A stretch of 62,269 bases of DNA, filler included, from Rhabdomonas costata (taxonomy: Eukaryota): the NCBI GenBank assembly GCA_019059605.1. It is 23 parts of 23 records of this genome, joined end to end, with 100 filler letters (N's around TTAATTAATTAA, not from the genome) between each part and the next. Parts side by side here need not be neighbours in the genome. Positions count along the whole stretch, not along the records: positions 46,113 to 48,722 come from JAHMHO010002638.1; positions 48,823 to 51,432 come from JAHMHO010002639.1; positions 51,533 to 54,142 come from JAHMHO010002640.1; positions 54,243 to 56,852 come from JAHMHO010002641.1; positions 56,953 to 59,560 come from JAHMHO010002642.1; 18 more parts are not named here. One strand, 5' to 3'. The notes below the pieces were generated by a model that worked only from the letters and a program-made list of their open reading frames with translations, had not been told where the DNA came from and ran no database searches. A program made the position numbers and the translations under genes. Shown one piece after another: positions 47,954-58,454 of the stretch (positions within the stretch are counted from its first letter, which is position 1; each line of letters opens with the position of its first letter).

Positions 47954-49033
47954 TGCGGCCGAAGAGTGCGTGGTTACATATACACAAAATGCACAAGCTT
48001 TGGGAAAGAAGCCAAGAGCAGATGCACTTGAGTAAATCCAGACTACCAACCCACACCAAAGTCAGACTGCGGACTGCCCTCATTCCCAGCTGATTAGGAC
48101 CGCAAAGCAGACCTAACGAAAGGCAGAGGCACTTCCCACCGCAACAGGTCCAGGCACTGCCGTCACGAGCAGAAACAAATCTAGGCTCTTCTGCGGTTAA
48201 AATGTATATTTACATTAGAATGGAAAGCATAAAAGAAATCGTGTTTGTGTGTAGGGGGCTCATCTCACTGAGAAGGCTATCTCTGGCTAACGACGAGCCA
48301 CGATCCTGTGTTTCCAGACTTAAATTCCGCCTGTGGCCACTAACTCGGACTTCCGACACCCAAAACCAGGCATACCCGCCTCGTTCTTCAGTTGCAGCCC
48401 TTATTCACTTCCTCTCAGCGGGCAACACGGAAGCCACGAAGCACCACGAAAAACCTCAAGAAACACCCCTCAAAAAGGAAAGACCTATAGTTCTCTGCGA
48501 CCGCCACTACCCCTTTCCCACCAACGCTGGGAACGAGGTAGGCAGTGAAGGCCCCCTTGTTAACAGGAGGCCTGGAAGGACTCAGCAGAGAAGGCGCCCA
48601 AGAAGAAAAACAGAGCAGCCCATACATACTACATCGAGCAAGCCTTCTACGACGAGCAAGCCAGCTAGGTCAGCCAGCGTTACACATTAGCAGCTGGTCT
48701 CGGAGATGAGCTCCCCCCGAGCNNNNNNNNNNNNNNNNNNNNNNNNNNNNNNNNNNNNNNNNNNNNTTAATTAATTAANNNNNNNNNNNNNNNNNNNNNN
48801 NNNNNNNNNNNNNNNNNNNNNNTGGTGTGTTTGGTGTGGGGTGGGCGGTGAAGCGGAGGATGTTGAGCTTCTGCGTGGAGAACTTCGCATTAAACCAAAA
48901 TGTGGGCCCATCAGTGAGGTGGTGATCCTCTCTGGGCCTTTTGTATTTTGGGACTAGGTCTGAGCCTCCACATTTCGAAAATGCTCCCCCCTCCCCCTCA
49001 CGGATGTGCCGTGCATTGACGGGGGGTCCTCAG

Positions 49034-49690
49034 GGCTTCAATGTAGACACTGTTTGGGCGGGGATTCATGACATGGTGATCAAGACGCTGGTATCAATCT
49101 CGCGGATGCTGCGGCAGGCCTACCAGAGGTTTCTCAGCTGCTCCTGCTGCTGCTAAATATTGATCTTTGGATATTGCGAGTTGTGGTTGCCTGTGCTAAT
49201 GAGCCCCCGGATTCCTCTTAGTGCGTTCCGAGAGGTTGTAGAATCGGTAAAGTATCCTTGGGTCTTGAAGTGCAGAGTGCAGAAGTGCGTTCCAGGTCAT
49301 TGATTATTATAATCATTGAAGACAACGACAGGGCTTGCGCGCTGTGTCATCTATTCTCTTTGTCGCTGACATCTTTTGAATGTATTCAAGGAAAAAGTCT
49401 GAGCACCAAATTTAGGGATGTGACAATGCTCAGTACCGCCGCAGCTCAGCAGCAGTCCGTGTGGTTCGCAGTTTTCCCCCGACTTCGTCTCTTCTACACC
49501 ACCCCCTTCATCCACGTGCAGTTGCGCACTGAGCGACGATGACGAGGGCATGACCTGCTTCGAGCTTCTGGGGTTTGACGTGATGCTGGACGAGTCTGGG
49601 AAGTGCTGGCTGATGGAGGTCAACCACAGCCCCTCGCTGGTGGTGGACACCCCGCTGGACCACGAGATTAAGCACGCTGTTATCACCGAG
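49034..49690 (+). CDS. Tubulin-tyrosine-ligase-like (TTLL) polyglutamylase, internal exons
   Basis: Exons 49034-49128 and 49522-49690: VWAGIHDMVIKTL...CFELLGFDVMLDESGKCWLMEVNHSPSL..DTPLDHEIK. Confidence 0.92.
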
Positions 49691-50271
49691 GTATGCAGTG
49701 AGTTATAGCTGACATGCAATCCCCCCAACACTGGCCTGGGCTTCATCACATTGTCATCCATTGACCCAATGACCGAGCATTGATGCGCGTTTTGTATTCA
49801 AGGGGGCTCGGGATGAAAGTTAGACTCGGCAGGGAACGGGACGAAAATTGGGCCCGCGTCACTGTCTGATATGTATACTGGCAGTAGTGACAAGGATGCG
49901 ATGCTCAGCGACAAACAGTGTGAGTTTGCTGGGCATCAGGTGGCAGAGACCTAATTGCTGGGACTTTTCGTGGGGATAAGGCAGGTTGGTTTTTTGTGCA
50001 TACGTTGTGGGTGCCGTTGATAAACCTTCCGCTGCGCTGGGGAAAGAAGCGGAAGAAGATTAGGAGGACCAAGGCAAGAGCCGCCAAGGGGCACGGGTGA
50101 GTACCGGAGAGTGCAATGACGGGAAGGAGCGTTTTGGGAGACCCACTGCAAATACAAAGGACCTTTTTGTCTACGGCGAATACTGTCACAGCATGGCCTC
50201 GCAGTTTTTTTTTGCCTCATTTTTCGAAAATGATGGTGCAACTCCGCGCTTTGTCCACGCGCTCCTCACAG

Positions 50272-50490
50272 TTTGAGACCTGCCGCTCGGGTTCTTCGGG
50301 GCGCAACCCACACTCCTTTCGGGAGATCACGTTCGACCAGGGGCAGCGCAGCCGGGACTTCGCTGCAGTGGTGGGTGAAGCCTCATCCACCAGCCAATCC
50401 CTTCTCCCGTATTTGGGCTTTGCGGTGGGCGTCGGAATTACTGCTGTGGTGGGTGCTCTTGTGCTGAGGGACCGCAACTCCAGGCGCTAA
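50272..50490 (+). CDS. Terminal exon encoding a C-terminal tail anchor (gene assignment unclear)
   Basis: CAG acceptor, then ...LLPYLGFAVGVGITAVVGALVL-RDRNSRR-stop: a hydrophobic helix with a short basic tail. Confidence 0.55.
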   Translation, partial: FETCRSGSSGRNPHSFREITFDQGQRSRDFAAVVGEASSTSQSLLPYLGFAVGVGITAVVGALVLRDRNSRR

Positions 50491-50874
50491 GTGCAGATAG
50501 CTTTTGTTGTTGTATTGTTGCTCCCGCAACTTCCAGAAACTGCAAACGCTCCTTGTGAATATGGCTTCTCTGTCGTTGGGTTCAGAATGGAAAGGGAGAG
50601 GCGTGCAACGATAACTTGCTGCAAAAATAGGTCCTGCCCAACAGGCGGGGTGAAAGTGCGAATGCGCTTTTTTTTCGCATGTTTTTGCATTTTTGATTTT
50701 CCGCATAATTTTGCTTAATTGTTTGGGGGGGCTTTGCTTGGAAAATCTAAAACACGCTTCCGCTGTACAATGCTTGCGGCTGCTGCGGAAGTCAGGCAGC
50801 CTTTGCAGAGAGGGGAGAGGGACCCACTGCCGCCGGTCGTTTCACCCCTGGCCGGTCTGCATTGATTTTCTGGG

Positions 50875-51414
50875 TTTTTTTTAAAAAAAAATTTGGTCTC
50901 GACAGTGGGGGTCCACACAAAGAGAACAAACTAAGAGCGAATGAGAAGGAAGAAGGAAAAGAAGGGGAGCCCGCAAGCTGGGGGACTCTAAGCCCTCCGG
51001 CGCAGAGTGTACAGATGGAAAAAAACAACAGGCAGTGGGCTGTCGCGAGGCGGCAGCATGAACAGCAACCAGGAGGGGAGCTACGCACCTACCCGCGTAC
51101 GGGCTTCAGCGCAAGGCTGCTGGTAGTGTTCAGCGTTCGCTGGCACGGAACCCGGAGCGTCCCAATACCGCGCAGCAGCGACCGGGCCACCCCCTGAGCC
51201 ACTGCACTGGAGAGGCGCCTCCACAGCCGCTTAGAGGAGACCACCAGCTCCTCCCCGAGCCGCATGCACTGTTTTCTGGCCAGCTCCCGGGTGGCCTTCC
51301 TGGCCTCGGGGCCCCGCGCACCTGTGGTCTCCGCACCTATGGGGACGAACCTCATACGAAGCCTGGCACACTCCCGCGCCGCGTCGGACCTCAGCTTTTC
51401 CGTCTCGCGCTGGG
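50875..51414 (-). mobile_element. 3' end of an RLE-type (CRE/R2-like) non-LTR retrotransposon
   Basis: AQRETEKLRSDAARECARLRMRFVPIGAETTGARGPEA...LWRRLSSAVAQGVA (51414-51089) matches the typical 'K...C...F.P...ET.G..G...RLS.A...G.A' C-terminus. It is followed by a pyrimidine-rich 3' UTR and a short A8 tract (50882-50875). Confidence 0.7.
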
Positions 51415-52169
51415 CTTAGAGTCCCCAACCCCNNNNNNNNNNNNNNNNNNNNNNNNNNNNNNNNNNNNNNNNNNNNTTAATTAATTAANNNNNNNNNNNN
51501 NNNNNNNNNNNNNNNNNNNNNNNNNNNNNNNNGGTGTTGGGGGAGGGACCACAGGGATAGCGTTCAAGGTAAAGGTCAAAATCACTATAGCGTTTGCTAT
51601 CAACATTTTGTCAGCTATCGTCTTTTTGTGGTCGCAATCGTTTTTTGGGGTCTCGTTGAGGAATGTCCTGTGCGACATGTTTGGAATAACAAATTTGGGT
51701 GTTCGCCCTGTTGACATTTTTGACCATCAAAGTTCAGGACGTCATTGGTTTTGGCCTTTAAAACTATTGCGGAGGTGCTTTAATCGTGGCTTATATTTTC
51801 TGGTTGATTCACTTCGTGCTGAATGGTCCGCGAATTTTTGTTTCATTTCAAGCTGCTTGTCAAACATGGGAACGCTGGCTGAGGACTTACCCCTTGCAGG
51901 GCTTGCACTGACAATTGGATAGAATTATCTGGAGGCGGAGGCGAGTCGCCGCGGCAGTCGAGCCGCGCTATCGGCGAGGCCAGCCCGCGGCGCCGACGGA
52001 CCGGGGGATAGATGGAGCGGGGGCGTTGCCTGGGAGGCTAATAATCGGCATCATCACCGCAGAAATCCACCCACCGCGGCTAACCCAAAACCAACAATTA
52101 GTGGCGTGACCAGAAACAAAGCACATCGCAAAAAAAAAAAGCAGCAAAGAACAGCTGAGAGGAAAGGAC

Positions 52170-53828
52170 CTTGGACGAGGCCGGGCGATGGGAGGAAGGA
52201 CGGGTGGAGGGCCGGCTGCTGGGCGCCCCGGGGGAGCCAGGTGAGCGGGTGAGGCGATGGGCTTTGCAATTTGGGGCAGCACATGTGCGGGCTCTGCAGC
52301 GGGATGGTGATGCTGCTGCTGCTGGGGGGCGTTTCGCTGTCGCAGGCGGGTGGCCGAGGCCAGTCTCGTGGCTGCCTCGGAGGGAGGCGCATATGTCGCA
52401 CCCTGCAGTCATGACAGGCGGTCTAACGTTCTTGAAAACCCACTCAAACGGCACCAAAAATCTCGCTTGGTCACTCGTTTGAAGCATGACGCCGCAATTA
52501 ACGACAACCAATGGTGACCAGCAGCATGCTCCAAATCCTTGCTGTCGAGGTCAGGCACAGCAGCAGCAAAAAAAAAAGAGTAGCGAACATGTAACCTGCA
52601 TAATCAACAGGTTGGCAGCCTGGTCATAAACCCCGTCGGTGTTTCGTAAGGCTTCCTCGACCTGTACAGGACACGTCATTTTGCAACCCTTCAACAGGAA
52701 AAATTCCCAGAAGCTTTGACTTCAGCCTTTACTCACATCCCCCACACTCGAAATAACAACAAACTATTAAGTTTGCTGAAAACAACCGCTAAGCTTGTTT
52801 GCTGAAGGTCCCGCCACTGTGTTACCAACCCCGCAATGCGGCAATGCCTTTCTTCCTGACAACAGCCGCTCAATGGGGGCTGAGAACGAAGCGCTGATGA
52901 ATGGGTCATTTTTGTTTTAAGCCCGAAAGTGGGATTTACAGCCTACCCTTTGGACCACCCTTGAGGATAACGGCTTTCACATGAATGGTGCCCTGATACC
53001 ACTTGGCGCTGGCGCTGCAAAAAAAAAAAACCAGAGTAGTTTCTTTATCACGTACCGTGAAAGTATCAATGATGGATCAGTACACATAATGGATCAATGG
53101 TCAGCGTGGAAGTTGATCTATTATTCGATTATGCATCTATTACCCCTTCTCCCAGAAACGAAAGGAAATGGTCTGGAGACACCCTCCTTGATCCATTGTT
53201 ATTTTGATTTTCTTCTCTAAAAAAATCCTTTTTGATCCATTATTAAACCGTTCCATTAGTAATACCTTACGGTACTCCGAATAACAACCCTTGAACACTT
53301 GAACACTCACAACCCCAGAAAAGCCGCCACGGGTTCCGATTCAAAGACAAAAACAAAACCCCCAGCGTATTTCACGCGATTTATATCCTTTTAAAAGCGG
53401 CCTTTGTTTTTTACTCAACCACAGCTGTTCGCTTTGTTTCGCGAGCGGTAATCAAAATTTTATTTCCCTTCGGGTTCTCATAATGATCGACTGAATTCTG
53501 TGGTACCCAATACTTCTCGTCCGCTGTCCAATTTCCTTTGTAGTTTCCAAAACAGTATTGCATAGTATGCACCTGTGCTTTCCCAAATTGCACACATGAA
53601 AACACCAAGCTTTCAGTCTTAAATCACTCATCTTCTCAGTTACGAACCTTCCCCGCTTCCGTCTGACGTTTGGCTCGCCCCGTAAAGCTGGTAGTGCAGA
53701 ATATACTCCACGGCAGCGTCTTTGTCCGCGCTTTGCTGCAGAACCTCGGCAATGAATGCCGGGGAGACAGCAGGAAACATTTGACAAAGAGCTCCAACCA
53801 CAGCGGGATCTGCACCCGTGGAGGACAT
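52170..53828 (-). CDS. CUE/UBA-like ubiquitin-binding domain protein (partial)
   Basis: First exon 53828-53648 has LCQMFPAVSPAFIAEVLQQ...DAAVEYIL (CUE MFP motif). Exon 52661-52596 gives VEEALRNTDGVYDQAANLL. A Pro/Gln-rich exon lies at 52402-52170. Intermediate exons are unresolved. Confidence 0.6.
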
Positions 53829-54244
53829 CTTTTCTCCTCGCACACCCTCTCTCCACCGCCCGACGTGTGGAGTGCAAACAGCACCAGATGGACTGCAAAG
53901 AGTGTGGGCGAATTCGTTGTCCTAAAGAAAGTTAGGAGAGTAAAACAAACGTCTGCGTTGAAAACAGTTTAGCGAACCCCAAGTCCCCAAGTACTTGTGT
54001 TCTAGCAACAAATAAACTTCAGCTTGCAGACACCGCAGGTGTCGTCTCCGCTTCCGTTCGACAACCGCAACGTAAACGAGAAAATCCCACGAGACCCCAA
54101 GGGAAAGTTGCAGCCATTGTGCAGCCAAAAAGCAAACCCACANNNNNNNNNNNNNNNNNNNNNNNNNNNNNNNNNNNNNNNNNNNNTTAATTAATTAANN
54201 NNNNNNNNNNNNNNNNNNNNNNNNNNNNNNNNNNNNNNNNNNGC

Positions 54245-56852
54245 CCAGGGACATACGTGGTGAATGTTCGTGCGTCGTACTCCGATGAGGTTTATGCGCT
54301 GATTCGATATGCCACTGCCACGCGAGGACTGACCCGGATCTCATTGTTCTACCAGAACGATGCCTTTGGACAACAAGGGTACGATGCCCTTGTGGCTGCG
54401 CTTGCGGCGATCAACCTAAATGTGCTGAGCAATGGCTCTTACGTGGCGAACAATGTTGCTGTGGCCCCTGGACTGAATGCTATATTGGCAGATGCAAGCC
54501 CCTTCACCCCGGAGGCTGTGCTTTTGTTTGCGGTGGGTGCCCCGGCTACAGCATTTATTAGACTTGCCCAAGCTGCACTTCCAGCTACCACGCTGTACCT
54601 GTGCCCCTCTGTGGTGGGAGAAGGCTTCATCAACAATTTTCAGACGAACTACACCAACATTGTGATTTCGCAAATTATTCCACTTGCCACGGATAGGTCT
54701 TACAAGGTTACCGTTGACTATCAGACGGCAATGCTGGCACAAAACCCCATGTTTAAGCCCTCCCTTGTCTCCTTTGAAACCTACCTCAACGCACGGCTAG
54801 CTGTCAGTGCCTTGCTTGGGGTGCGCAAGAATCAGTCCCTTGACCCCACGTCTTTTATACCTTCGATTCACTCTTCTGGTAGCTTCATAATTAGTCGGCA
54901 ATCACTTGGACCATACTCAGATACTTGCAACCAAGGGATGAGGCAAGTGTGGTACTCCGATATTTCCAATGGGAAATATGTGGGGATTCCCAATGAGACT
55001 TTTGCTTTCAGCGATTCCCCGTGCATGAGTGACGTCAGCGTCCTTAGCACGAGCTTTTTAATTTTTGGGCAATCGGCTCCGATGACCGGTCCCATGGGTG
55101 CTCTTGGGCAAGCGATTCGGAGCGGGATTCTCGCTGCGTTCCACGAACAGAACGGCATAGGAGGGGTTTCCGGGCACCGCCTGCAACTGTGGACTTTGGA
55201 CGATGGTGGCAATGCTTTGCAAACGGTAGCGAACACGGTTCTTCTTGCCCAACGCAAGCCACTTGGCCTATTGGGTTATCATGGCCTCGAGGCATCCAAT
55301 GCCGCCATCAGCACCGCATCGGCTCTGGGGATGCCTTTGGTCGGACCCATCACTGGGAATCAAAGCGGAAGCATCCTTTCCAATCCCTTTGTGGTCAACC
55401 TTCGGGCCCGATACTCGGATGAGATGAATGCCTTGCTGAACTACGCGACATCGACGCTGGGGCTGACTCGAATCAGTGTCTTCTACAGTGAGGATGCCTT
55501 TGGGCTTGAGGGGCTGACTTCCGCCCATTCTGCCTTAGGTGCCATCAACTTGCCGCCCTTAAGCAATGGGAGCTGTAGCGGGGGCTGCGCTGATTCTGAT
55601 GTTCAGAATGGTCTGGCTTCCGTTGCCAGCAGCTCCAGAGGTGTGCTTCCTCAGGCCGTAGTGGTTTGGGTTTCCTCCGCAGAGATGGCTGTTCGAATGA
55701 TTGCAGCCGCCAAAGCTCGCTGGACCAGCTCTTCGACCATGGTTTTTCTGTGTCCTTCCACTGTTGGGGATGGCTTCCTTAGTTTGCTTTCATCGGCGGT
55801 TGTGGATGTTAGCAACGTGTTTGTGAGCCAAGTGGTTCCTCCGGTGACGTACACTTCGCACCCACTGGTGGCGCGGTATTTGAGCGCCTTGCAAATCTAC
55901 AGCCCTGGAGCCACGCCTTCGATGCTTTCGTTTGAGAGCTATGTGAGTGCTCGGCTTGCGATTCAAGTGCTTCAGGGCACAGGTCTCTCTGGCATTCGGG
56001 ACCGGAATGCCTTTCTTCGCACCTTGTACCGCAGCTCAAGCTTTGTGCTGGACACATTAACGGCAGGGCCCTTTCTTCAAGGGAGCTGCAATCTTGGGCT
56101 GCGGCAAGTATGGATAACCCAGTGTCTGAGCACTGGGCTGAAGAACATCCCTGAGGCAACGTTCAGCTTTGGGAGCTCATGCCCCTCGGTGGCGAAGATG
56201 AGTTTGAGGCAGCCTGTGGTGATTGCACATCTCGTGCCGGCTTCCTCGGAGATCGCTGCACTGCACACGCTTGGCCTGCAAGCTGGGTTTGATGAACTGA
56301 ATGAAGGAGGAGGAATCTCCACGACGTTTCACGTTGTGCAGCTGACGTATGACCCCGGCAGTATCTCCGGCGCCTTTTCACAGCAGCTTGGAGGAACTGA
56401 TTTGGCTGTTGTGATTTCAAGCTTAACAGAGCCTGAAGTGGTGGCTGCGGCCTATTCGGCGACGTTGAGCAGCGGACTGATGCATCTCTCCATCCGAGGA
56501 CCATCGACTCCGGCGTTGCACAACCCGTTCAATGCATTGAATGTGTTTCTCGAGGGCACGCCACGGGATGAGGCCTTTGCAATGATGCAGTTCATCAAGA
56601 CCGGTCTTTTTATGGTTCGCGTTGCGTTGATTTACGAGTCGCGTGCTGCATCCGCGGAAGTGCTAGGTGCGACCAGCTTGGCTGCGCGCCAGTACTCCAC
56701 CGTTTTGGTTTCCAGCACGAGCTATGACAGCCCCTTGGCCAACCCATCGGTAGTGGTCTCTGCAAGCAGCAGTGCGGAAGCTGTGCTGATCAGCGGTGGA
56801 AGCTCCGGAGACATTGCTGGGATTATCACTGCAGTGAAGGCCTCTCGTCCGG
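54245..56852 (+). CDS. Large extracellular region with tandem type-1 periplasmic-binding-protein (Venus flytrap, Leu-binding-like) domains; probable receptor adenylate cyclase (partial at both ends)
   Basis: About 869 uninterrupted codons. Repeated motifs VVNVRASYSDE / VVNLRARYSDE, RISLFYQNDAFG / RISVFYSEDAFG, SFETYLNARL / SFESYVSARL, CNQGMRQVW / CNLGLRQVW. Domain start IFGQSAPMTGP...GGVSG..LQL.TLDDG. Confidence 0.88.
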
Positions 56853-57847
56853 NNNNNNNNNNNNNNNNNNNNNNNNNNNNNNNNNNNNNNNNNNNNTTAA
56901 TTAATTAANNNNNNNNNNNNNNNNNNNNNNNNNNNNNNNNNNNNNNNNNNNNGGGGGGTGTGAACCGTCCCAGTGCTTGGCCCTTGCTTCTCTCTCAGGA
57001 CAGGGAGAAGAAGCTCATAGCTGAGGAGGGCACCAAGGCGAGACAACGCACAAAGGAGCATTGCAGACAACGGCTAGCCTTTGTGCGATCTACGAAGATA
57101 GGAAAAATACATAATCGCACAATTCCGGGTGCAAAATAAAAACAAATGGTTGCATTTCCTCATCTGTTTCGAATTTGGATTTTGTAGGTATGCTCGCCCC
57201 GGGTAGGGCTCTCGAAAGAAATGTAGGACCGTTAATCTCAGCGGATCATCAGGCAGAGCAGGCCCTTTACCATGTGTCTCTTGCCCTTCCTCACGGCCCC
57301 GGGCCAAAAACACAACACCGATGATGGAAGACCAATTAGGGGTGTACGTATTTGTACAGAAAACGAGGCGATTACACCCCTTACCAGGATTTCTGAACAA
57401 AAATCACATATCTCCAAGTGCACAATACTAACGGAAGCAACTTCGTCTCCAAAGGAAAATGAAGCCATAGGAGCATGTTTTCACATCGCCTCATTATTCT
57501 AGCATGTTCCAACCTCATCCACCAAGCTTTGAGTCTGGGTAGGGTTGTTCCACGGTAATTTGACCCTTGTGATCATGTTAAGGACCGAACTACTCCGTCT
57601 TATCCTCGTTTAAAAGATCCTATATCACAACATGAGATGACCCATGACAATTCGCCCCACGAAGTACTCACGTACAATTTGGGTACACGAGGCATTGTTG
57701 TCTTGAACCTCCCTCTGTCTCCGACGGGACCTCAGAATACTCTTCCGCTTCCAGATCGCTTCTCGGAATCAGGTCACCCCTCAGCTGCTGGGCTGAGGTG
57801 GCTGGAAAACCTCGCGGGTGCATTCAGCAGAACACAGGAACACATAC

Positions 57848-58454
57848 CAAAGCACGACCGCTGGGAGTAAAATGTCGGGGTCCACCGCGGCGGCAGCGGC
57901 GGGGAGCAGCCGTAGCAGCTCTGCGACTCCATGCAGCGTAGCCAGCACTGTGGGCACAGAATTAACCCACCCTATGGCGGACCCCCTTGAGTCCCCCACA
58001 GAGCAAGATCCCGAGGACGACGACGAGGATGAGGACGATGACGACCCAGTGCTGCAGCCAGAGCTCGAGCCAGAGCTTGAGCCAGAGCCGGAGCCAGAGC
58101 TGCTTCCCGCGGAGCCCGAGGAGCACAAATCCTGGGCAGCAAGGCTGCAAAGTCGTGTTATCTCCGCAGCAAGAGTGGAGACCTGCGTGAAGGGTTTTGG
58201 TGTGACCAGGGTGCTTCCGTCGTGTAGCCGTCTCGCCAGCTCTGGTCGCCAACAAATGTCTGACAAGCCACAGGCTATTTATTCAAGAACAGCAGCAGCA
58301 CAAGCTTAAGAGATAGCAGCGGGGTGGGGTGGCAGACTTACTTCCGCTTGGAGGGCGTCCAGGTATGCAGGACAGGCCAGAACAAGCGACACCACTAGGG
58401 GCTTGGCCAGGTCTGCGTTGCAGCTTCCGTAGAGCCGGCAGAGATTCAGCAGGG
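57848..58454 (-). CDS. ASCC2: Internal exons of an ASCC2 (Cue3)-like protein with a poly-Ser/Gly insertion
   Basis: Exon 58454-58342 (CAG...GTAAGT) gives LLNLCRLYGSCNADLAKPLVVSLVLACPAYLDAL, resembling ASCC2 'LDLC.L(F/Y)G..N..L........P.Y..DL'. It joins in phase to exon 58182-57848. Confidence 0.5.

Noticed and set aside
57818..58309. Plus-strand acidic/PE-repeat 163-aa ORF
   Set aside because: It is antisense to the Ser-rich exon whose splice sites and upstream conserved exon lie on the minus strand.
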